A stretch of 64,000 nucleotides of DNA from Deltaproteobacteria bacterium. GTDB lineage: Bacteria > Myxococcota > B64-G9. Of this stretch, positions 57,433 to 64,000 are shown one piece after another. Positions within the stretch are counted from its first letter, which is position 1, and each line of letters starts with the position of its first letter. Under the pieces are notes generated by a model. That model searched no databases and was not told where the DNA came from. It was given only the letters and a program-made list of their open reading frames with translations. Both the position numbers and the translations under genes were made by a program. The stretch is taken from NCBI GenBank assembly GCA_016935365.1, contig JAFGRB010000013.1, positions 15,990-79,989 on the forward strand, read 5' to 3'.

Positions 57433-60279
57433 TCAGCCCGGCGAGAGGCGCAGGAGCCAGGTCGTGGAGGGCGGCACCTGCCCTTCGATGGCCAGCGTGC
57501 GCCCGTCGAGCGAGCTCGTGAGCGCTGCCGAGTCGAGCAGCTCTTCGACCGCCGCGGCGTGCCACTCCGAAGACCCGGCCGCATCGAGATCGACCGTCAG
57601 GCTGAAGGCCTGGGCCTGCTCGGGGTCCGCGTTCCGGAGCGTCAGGAAGAACGGCCCGGGACCGCGGCCGAATCGCTCCACACGGATGAGCTCGGAGCTC
57701 GATCGGGCGTGGGTCATGGGCTCCCAGCCCGCCTCGGAGAGCTGACGGATGGCGCCGACGTACTTCACGAAGTGGGGCCGATCGCGCTCGAAGAGCGCCG
57801 GATCGTCCCAGTAGCGGTCCTCCGAGGCGTTGTGGCTGAAGAAGCTCGGAAAGAAGCCGTAGAAGAGGCAGTAGCGCATGTAGGTCTCGACCGCCGCGTG
57901 TGAGACCTGGCTGAAGTCGGCATTCAGCAAGAAGCCGTACGGCTTCTGGTGGACCGCCGTACGCCGCAGGCTCATGAGGCGGTCGTCGTAGGGCGTGAAG
58001 ACAGCCCCGTCGAACCAGCGGATCTCGTGCCCGTTGATGTCCATCAGGTGGGCGAGGAAGGGGAACTGGGAGTGGGAGACATTCGCCATGCGCAGCTTGC
58101 CCAGCTCGAAGATCTCGTCCTCGATGAAACGCGCGCCCAGGTAGTTGGAGTGAATCTGCAGGATGCACGGCCGGTGATCGTCGCGGGTGTAGATCAGGGG
58201 GATCGTCGTGGATCGGAAGTGCGACTCGCGGAAGTTGGCCGCCGTGCCGAGGTTGGAGAAGCTGTCGATGTACTCGCCGTCGAGCTCGCCCTCGGCGCCC
58301 CCGCCGTAGGCTGCCCTGGCATCGTCGTTCCAGTGCAGCGTCGCCCAGTTGACCTCGTGCGGGGCCGGGTCGATGCCGGCGTCGGCGTCGATCCGGAAGC
58401 GGGCGCCGTGCGGGCACCAGGGGATGTCGTCGACCCCGACGACGTCGTATTGCCCCGAGGTGTCGAAGGCGGCCGAGACGAGGGCGGCCTGCGCCTTGAG
58501 CCGCTTGCGCTCGTCCGCATCGGAGAGCCAGCGCTCGAGCTCGGCCAGGATGGCTTCCCGGGAGTCGTTCGGGACCTGCTCGTCGAAGGTGAACCAGGCG
58601 TAGATCGGCTCCAGGATGTAGCGCAGCGAGGCGATGTCGTGGGCGTCGTCGAAGGCCACCTGGGACAGGGAGCCCAGCTCGTGGTAGGCGATGTGGAAGT
58701 CGTCGATGTCCGAAATGTGATCCAGCGGCGAGAACGCCACCCACAGGCCGTGCTTCTGGACCCGCCGCTCGAAGAGCTGCGGGAAGATCTCGTAGTAGCG
58801 CTGCGAGGCCGCGCGGAAGCGCCACTCGGGCGGGAAGGCGTAGACGGCGAACGAGAACGGCGCCCGGTCCGGGAAGGCGTCCGTCAGCGGGCTCAGGGCG
58901 AAGTCGGCCGCGATGACGAGCAGCTTGGCCGCGTCGTCGTAGGAGATGCGCGCGACCTGCGGCCGGTCCATCGGGTAGGCCACCGCCAGGCCCGCCTGGC
59001 CCGAGACGCCGCCCCAGGGATAGACGCTCGCCCGGCCGGTCGCGCCCAGGGCCGGGTCCGAGCCCAGGGTGGTCTCGTTCGCGTAGCGTTTGCCGCAGCA
59101 GATGGTCTCGTCGCGCCGGATGTCGTCCGACCAGATCCAGCCGGCCGCATCGACCGGCAAGGCCAGGTAGAGGGTCACGGCGCGCGTGCCACCAGCGGTG
59201 TTGGTGACCTGTCCCTCGACCGAGATGTGCCCCGGGTGTGCGCGCCAGGTCGCGGACAGACTCAGGCCGAGCTCGCCGGTGTCGCCCTGCTGCACGAGCG
59301 CTCCCGCCTGCGCTTCCAGCGTGCCGCCCACGTGGATCCAGTCCGATCCGGCGGCCTGATCGCGCAGGAAGAAGCCGGATGCATAGGCCGAGGGCGCGCA
59401 GAAGACGTCGTGTCCGTCCGCCGAGAGCGCCCGGACGGCGCCGCCGCGTTCCGACAGCCCGAGCGATAGGCTGCTGTCGCCGGTCGCGAGCGTCTGGACC
59501 CCGCCGTCCTCGGGCCAGCCGGAGCTCGCGGGCACGACCGGCTGATCCTCGAAGGGCAGCACGGCCCCGCGCACCTCGTGCAGCGCCAGGTCGTCGAACC
59601 AGACCTCGCCGGCGAGGTAACGAAAGAGCAGGTGGTAGCTCAGGCTTCGGACCGGTTTCTCGGGCAGGATGAACAGCTCCCGGTACTCCCAGTCGTGCGG
59701 CTCGACCGAGAAGCGCGCCTGCTGCCCGTAGAGCGAGCTGCCGTCGTCGTAGCGCAGGTCGAGGTAGACCGAGTAGTGCGGCGAAGGCGCTTCCGCCTCT
59801 ATCGCCCCGGCCCGGCTCCAGGCGCTGATGAAGAGCGGGCGCGGCTCGAGCTGATCGAGCTGAACGCTCTGGTAGGCGCCGTACCAGTCGGCGGTCGTCG
59901 CCGAGACCGCGCGGGCCGCATACGGCGGAGAGTGGACCTGCTGATCGTCGACCTCCCAGCCCGCCTCCGGCTCGACCCAGCCCTCGAAGCCGCTGCTGTC
60001 CGCCGCGAGCGCGGACAGCTCGGGGTTTGCGAGCAGGTTTGGCGACAGGTCCATGCTCTCTACCGTGGGGACCGAGAAGACCACCCAGGGCCCTGCCGGA
60101 GACGGCCCGCCCCCATCGGCGTCGGCCGCGTCGATGCCCGCATCGCTCGGCTGATCGACGTCGGCGGCACCGTCCGGCTGGCCGTCATCGGCACCACCGT
60201 CGGACGGCGCCGCCTCGGGCTGGCAGCCGCCGAGCAGGAGCGTGGCCAGCGCGAGCATCGAGATGGACGTCTTTTTCAT
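57433..60279 (-). CDS. Large lipoprotein: CBM-like domain plus putative glycoside-hydrolase-like barrel
   Basis: LLGGC lipobox; NLLANP...VWFDDL CBM-like module; DGEYIDS motif. Confidence 0.75.
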   Translation of the reverse strand: MKKTSISMLALATLLLGGCQPEAAPSDGGADDGQPDGAADVDQPSDAGIDAADADGGGPSPAGPWVVFSVPTVESMDLSPNLLANPELSALAADSSGFEGWVEPEAGWEVDDQQVHSPPYAARAVSATTADWYGAYQSVQLDQLEPRPLFISAWSRAGAIEAEAPSPHYSVYLDLRYDDGSSLYGQQARFSVEPHDWEYRELFILPEKPVRSLSYHLLFRYLAGEVWFDDLALHEVRGAVLPFEDQPVVPASSGWPEDGGVQTLATGDSSLSLGLSERGGAVRALSADGHDVFCAPSAYASGFFLRDQAAGSDWIHVGGTLEAQAGALVQQGDTGELGLSLSATWRAHPGHISVEGQVTNTAGGTRAVTLYLALPVDAAGWIWSDDIRRDETICCGKRYANETTLGSDPALGATGRASVYPWGGVSGQAGLAVAYPMDRPQVARISYDDAAKLLVIAADFALSPLTDAFPDRAPFSFAVYAFPPEWRFRAASQRYYEIFPQLFERRVQKHGLWVAFSPLDHISDIDDFHIAYHELGSLSQVAFDDAHDIASLRYILEPIYAWFTFDEQVPNDSREAILAELERWLSDADERKRLKAQAALVSAAFDTSGQYDVVGVDDIPWCPHGARFRIDADAGIDPAPHEVNWATLHWNDDARAAYGGGAEGELDGEYIDSFSNLGTAANFRESHFRSTTIPLIYTRDDHRPCILQIHSNYLGARFIEDEIFELGKLRMANVSHSQFPFLAHLMDINGHEIRWFDGAVFTPYDDRLMSLRRTAVHQKPYGFLLNADFSQVSHAAVETYMRYCLFYGFFPSFFSHNASEDRYWDDPALFERDRPHFVKYVGAIRQLSEAGWEPMTHARSSSELIRVERFGRGPGPFFLTLRNADPEQAQAFSLTVDLDAAGSSEWHAAAVEELLDSAALTSSLDGRTLAIEGQVPPSTTWLLRLSPG

Positions 60280-62357
60280 GGGGATACCTCCCACAGCCAG
60301 TCCTCGCCCAGGATCCCGGCCGCGATCGCGCGGCGCGCCTCGAGCAGCTCGAGCTCCTTGAGCAGGCGGGCGAGCGCCTCGCGGCGCTCGGGGCTCAAGA
60401 GCTCAGGCGCCTCGCCGGCATCGGAGACCGCGCTTCGCCGGTCTCCATCGTCGGCGCGGATTCCCGCATCGGGAGAGCCGGGACCACCGGTGGAAGCGCC
60501 CGCATCGGCAGCGCTCGGACCGGCGTCCCGGTAGCCGCCTGCGCCCGCCTGCGGCAGGCCCGCGTTCCCGGAGCGGACTGCGCTCGCCTGCGGCGGGCCT
60601 GCGTTCCCGGAGCGGCCTGCGCTCGCCTGCGGCGGGCCCGCGTTCCCGGCGCCGCCAGCGCTCGCCTGCGGCGGGCCCGCGTCTCCGAAGCGGCCTGCGC
60701 TCGCCTGCGGCAGGCCCGCGTTCCCGGCGCCGCCAGCGCTCGCCTGCGGCGGGCCCGCGTTACCGGAGCGGCCAGCGCTCGCCTGCGGCGGGCCCGCGTC
60801 CCCGGCGCCGCCTGCGCTCGCCTGCGGCAGGCCCGCGTTCCCGGCGCCGCCAGCGCTCGCCTGCGGCAGGCCCGCGTCCCCGGAGCGGCCTGCGCTCGCC
60901 TGCGGCGGGCCCGCGTTCCCGGCGCCGCCAGCGCTCGCCTGCGGCGGGCCCGCGTTCCCGGAGCGGCCTGCGCTCGCCTGCGGCAGGCCCGCGTTCCCGG
61001 AGCGGCCTGTGTCCGCTTGCGGCTGGCCGGCGTCCCGTGAGCTGGCAGCGCCCGCCTGCGGCGTGCCGGCGTCGGGGGAGCTTCCGGCGATGCCGGTGTC
61101 CGGGCCCGGGGTGCTCGGGAGGAGCAGGGCCTGGATCTGCTCGCGTAGCTTTTCGATCTCGCGGTCGTTCGCGACCACGCGGATGATCACCGGCAGCTTC
61201 TTGTCCCTCCGCCTCGCCAGGGCGTTGTTGCGGGTCCACAGCGGCTGGACCGAGAGATCGGCGAGCTCTACCTTGACGATGCCGTGCCCGTAGTCCTTGC
61301 GGATTGCGCTGAAGCGCAAGATCACGCCGTCGCGGGTGTTGCCGATGCGCGCGGGCTGCAGGCCATGGACGTAGTACCGGGACTGGTTCGAGATGAAGTT
61401 GCCCAGCGAGTAGGCCACGAAGCCCACCCGCCCGTCGCTCGCCTGGTAGACCTCCACCGGCCGCAGCACGTGCGGGTGGTGGCCCAGGATCACGTCGACG
61501 CCGCCCTCGATCAGCCGATGGGCCTGGTCGATGTCGGCCTGGCTCGGGGCGGTGACGTACTCGGTGTTCCAGTGCAGCGAGAGGACGACCAGATCGGCGC
61601 CGGCCTTGCGGGCGGCCGCGGCCTCGGCCAGCGCCTGGCGTTCGTCGAAGGCGAAGGCGCAGGGGTCCTTCTCGCGCCTGTTGAGCTGCTGGTTGAAGAG
61701 CGTCGAGGCGGCCAGGAAGGCCAGCGAGATGCCGTTCTTCTCGATGATCTTCGCCCTGCGCGCCTCGGCGCAGGTCCTGCCGGCGCCCGCGAAGACCAGC
61801 CCAGAGCGCTCGAGCTGCACGAGCGTCTCTTCGAAGCCCCGGCGCTTCTGGTCGTAGACGTGGTTGTTGGCAAAGGACAGCACCCGCACGCCGAGCGCCC
61901 TCAGGGCGTGCAGCAGGTCGGGCGGGGCGTTGAAGAAGTACGGGACGCACTTGCGGCCGGAAGCGGGCGCGATCGGCGACTCCAGGTTGGCGAAGACCAG
62001 ATCCCGGTCCGCGAGCTCCGGGCGGAGCGCACAGAAGAGCGCGTCGAAGCCTCCGTGGTTCTGCGACTTACCGTCCGGGCCCTTGCGGTCTGCCTGGGCG
62101 GCGGACTTGAGCACCTCGCCGTGGGGCAACACGTCGCCCACGGCGGCCAGGCGTACCCGGGCCAGCTCTCGCGGGCCCGCTGTCCTCGCCTCGGCGGGCG
62201 CGGGCGGCGGCGTGGGCTGCAGGGCGGCCGGCAGCGCCGCAGCCGGCACCGAAGCCCGCTTTCGCGCCGGCGTGCCGGCCGGCCGCTTTCCGCCCTCGCC
62301 CTCCTGGCGGGCCGCGCAGGCCCATGCCAGGACGACGATCAGCAGCAGCGAGCTCAC
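60276..62357 (-). CDS. CapA/PGA-synthesis family metallophosphoesterase with tandem-repeat insertion
   Basis: AVGDVL, NLESP, ANNHVYD, LHWNTEY, GHHPHV, YSLGNF. Start uncertain. Confidence 0.88.
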   Translation of the reverse strand: MSSLLLIVVLAWACAARQEGEGGKRPAGTPARKRASVPAAALPAALQPTPPPAPAEARTAGPRELARVRLAAVGDVLPHGEVLKSAAQADRKGPDGKSQNHGGFDALFCALRPELADRDLVFANLESPIAPASGRKCVPYFFNAPPDLLHALRALGVRVLSFANNHVYDQKRRGFEETLVQLERSGLVFAGAGRTCAEARRAKIIEKNGISLAFLAASTLFNQQLNRREKDPCAFAFDERQALAEAAAARKAGADLVVLSLHWNTEYVTAPSQADIDQAHRLIEGGVDVILGHHPHVLRPVEVYQASDGRVGFVAYSLGNFISNQSRYYVHGLQPARIGNTRDGVILRFSAIRKDYGHGIVKVELADLSVQPLWTRNNALARRRDKKLPVIIRVVANDREIEKLREQIQALLLPSTPGPDTGIAGSSPDAGTPQAGAASSRDAGQPQADTGRSGNAGLPQASAGRSGNAGPPQASAGGAGNAGPPQASAGRSGDAGLPQASAGGAGNAGLPQASAGGAGDAGPPQASAGRSGNAGPPQASAGGAGNAGLPQASAGRFGDAGPPQASAGGAGNAGPPQASAGRSGNAGPPQASAVRSGNAGLPQAGAGGYRDAGPSAADAGASTGGPGSPDAGIRADDGDRRSAVSDAGEAPELLSPERREALARLLKELELLEARRAIAAGILGEDWLWEVSP
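60502..61086. repeat. 39-bp coding tandem repeat (12 core copies at 60541-61008 plus 3 degenerate)
   Basis: Unit approximately GCGCTCGCCTGCGGC(G/A)GGCCCGCGT(T/C)CCCGG(A/C)GC(G/C)GCC(T/A); encodes G(R/G)(S/A)G(N/D)AG(P/L)PQASA. Confidence 0.95.
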
Positions 62358-62569
62358 GCGCCCAGCAGATCTCGGGGACAGCCCTCCTCGTCCCTCGAAG
62401 ACCGCATCGGCTCCAGCGTCTCCATGCCCAAGGCTCCACACGCGCTCTGCTCCAACCGCACCCTCGCCGGCAGCGCCTGCCCATGAAGCAATCCGCTGCA
62501 CCGCCGGTGCAAGACGGCTCCCCGTCGATCTGTCCGGGTCTCTCGATCGCATCCGCTCTGCCCGCAGGT

Positions 62570-63436
62570 TCATTCCTTCTCGGCCTCCTCCTGCGGCCGG
62601 CGCGCGAGAAGCGCGATCTCGCGCTGCTGCGCGCTGGCCACGAGCCAGCAGCCAGCATAGATCCAGAGCGCGTACTGTTCAAAGAGCTCGGCGCTCTCCG
62701 GCCAGACGGCCTCCATCAGGGCGAAGACGAGGAAGGACGCCACGTGCGCGAGGCCGCCGATCCACACCGCGGTCCAGACCCGCCCGAGCGCCCCGGCGCC
62801 CATCTGGAGCGCGAAGCGCCTCAGCACCACGCACAGGCAGGCCACCGCGCTGCCCACGCAGACCTGGGTGAAACGGAAGATCTTGACCTGGTCTCCGGCC
62901 TCGGGCAGGAACCAGGCGTTCATGGTCGGGCTGAGCAGGAAGGCCAGCACGGGCAAGGCCAGGATGCCGGCCAGGTAGACGCCCTCGCGCCAGGTCGCGC
63001 CGAAGGGCAGCCCCGTGGCCCGGTAGGAGAGCATGGCCGAGACCAGGCCGGCCGCGAAGAGCAGGTCGCTCGCGGTGTAGAGGTAGCGAAGCCCGATCAC
63101 GTAGAAGACGTACAGCCCGCTGCCGCCCTCCGGCCCCCAGCCCAGGTACAGCGTGCCCAGCCGCAGCTCGGCCAGCAGCCGGACCGCCAGGCAGGCGGCC
63201 AGCAGGATCCAGGTCCGGCGGATCGGCTCGCCCGGCTCGTGCGCCCGGCAGACGACCACAACCACGACCAGGGCCATGAGCTCGACGGCCACGCTGGCCG
63301 CGAAGAGCAGGTGCAGCGCGTGCGAGACCGTCCCCGCCGACCCGTGGGCCGCGAAGGCGACGAGCAGCGCCGGCAGCAGCACCAGCGAGCAGACGAAGCC
63401 GATCCGCACCGCGCGCGTCAACGCCGACGAGTCCAT
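62570..63436 (-). CDS. Polytopic membrane protein of unknown function
   Basis: About eight hydrophobic segments; ATG overlaps the upstream TGA. Confidence 0.75.
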   Translation of the reverse strand: MDSSALTRAVRIGFVCSLVLLPALLVAFAAHGSAGTVSHALHLLFAASVAVELMALVVVVVVCRAHEPGEPIRRTWILLAACLAVRLLAELRLGTLYLGWGPEGGSGLYVFYVIGLRYLYTASDLLFAAGLVSAMLSYRATGLPFGATWREGVYLAGILALPVLAFLLSPTMNAWFLPEAGDQVKIFRFTQVCVGSAVACLCVVLRRFALQMGAGALGRVWTAVWIGGLAHVASFLVFALMEAVWPESAELFEQYALWIYAGCWLVASAQQREIALLARRPQEEAEKE

Positions 63437-63699
63437 CAGTCTACGCGCCCCTCCTCCAGCCTGGCCGCGATCGCGTCCAGCACGCGCTCGGTGGGCCCCT
63501 GGCCGATCAGGGTCCGCATCATGGGCCTGAGCCGCTCGCGCAGCGCCTCGTAGTCCCCCGGCTTCAGCCTGGCCAGCAGCAGGCCGCACTGCTCGCAGGC
63601 CAGCTCGATCGCCTTGCGGCCGGTCAGCTTGCCGAGAAGCGGGGACAGCACCCCGTAGAGCAGCTCGTAGACCGCGTTCGGCTGTTCGCGCTCGGGCAA
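63436..63699 (-). CDS. Small helical hypothetical protein
   Basis: TTG start with GAGGGG SD; translationally coupled to the membrane protein. Confidence 0.65.
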   Translation of the reverse strand: MPEREQPNAVYELLYGVLSPLLGKLTGRKAIELACEQCGLLLARLKPGDYEALRERLRPMMRTLIGQGPTERVLDAIAARLEEGRVD

Positions 63700-63723
63700 G
63701 GCACTTCCCCCCTCGAGATCCGC

Positions 63724-64000
63724 TCAGCCCCTGGCGGCCCGCCAGCTCTCGCCCGCGCGCTGCAGCTCGGCCGCGAAGCCCGCTCCGAAGAGCCAGTCCA
63801 AGGTCGGCCCCATGGACTCGAGCGCCGGCGGCAGCTCTGGATCGCTCAGGCAGGGAAAGTGCCTCGGGTGCTTGCCGCCCCAGGCCTTGTGATTCTCCGC
63901 GTTGACGACGGTCAGCAGGACCTTCTCCTCGGGCATGTCCACCAGCACCAGCGGGAAGAGGCGGCAGGTGATGGGCTGCACGTCGGTCTGATCGATGTCC
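63724..64000 (-). CDS. YkgJ/DUF3109-like Cys-cluster protein (C-terminal part; start beyond window)
   Basis: QPITCRLFPL motif. Confidence 0.55.
   Translation of the reverse strand, partial: DIDQTDVQPITCRLFPLVLVDMPEEKVLLTVVNAENHKAWGGKHPRHFPCLSDPELPPALESMGPTLDWLFGAGFAAELQRAGESWRAARG

Noticed and set aside
60502..61086. Possible CRISPR array
   Set aside because: Head-to-tail 39-bp units with no unique spacers, in frame within a CDS; no cas genes.

Overview
High-GC bacterial chromosome segment with a Myxococcota/deltaproteobacterial signature: a TIGR02266-like PilZ protein, PEGA proteins, Cys-rich and beta-propeller lipoproteins with DAG/DGG linkers, and a Hanks-type kinase fold. About 63 CDS. 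No rRNA, tRNA, CRISPR array, integrase or transposase was recognised. Content: housekeeping genes (miaB, hisS, Ppx/GppA, DUF151 nuclease); divergent arsR/arsM; a Liu/Atu-like acyl-CoA carboxylase cluster ending in a BKACE enzyme; a sigma54 two-component system facing a YbhGFSR-type ABC exporter; an ECF sigma/FecR-type anti-sigma pair; three toxin-antitoxin modules; and a B12-dependent acyl-CoA mutase operon with isobutyryl-CoA-mutase residues. Top observations: (1) a candidate selenoprotein (41392-41796) whose C-terminal CGPVG-TGA is followed 17 nt later by a GGUC-looped, SECIS-like hairpin; (2) a mirrored pair of putative ECF promoters, TGTCC-N17-CGTACT, around an A10 tract; (3) a winged-helix-fused pseudokinase (HRD changed to HGN), divergent from a PEGA / Cys-rich / PEGA surface operon; (4) a divergent four-helix-bundle protein with a long basic tail coupled inside the mutase operon. 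All calls come from reading motifs by eye; no database search was run, and several start codons are my own choices.
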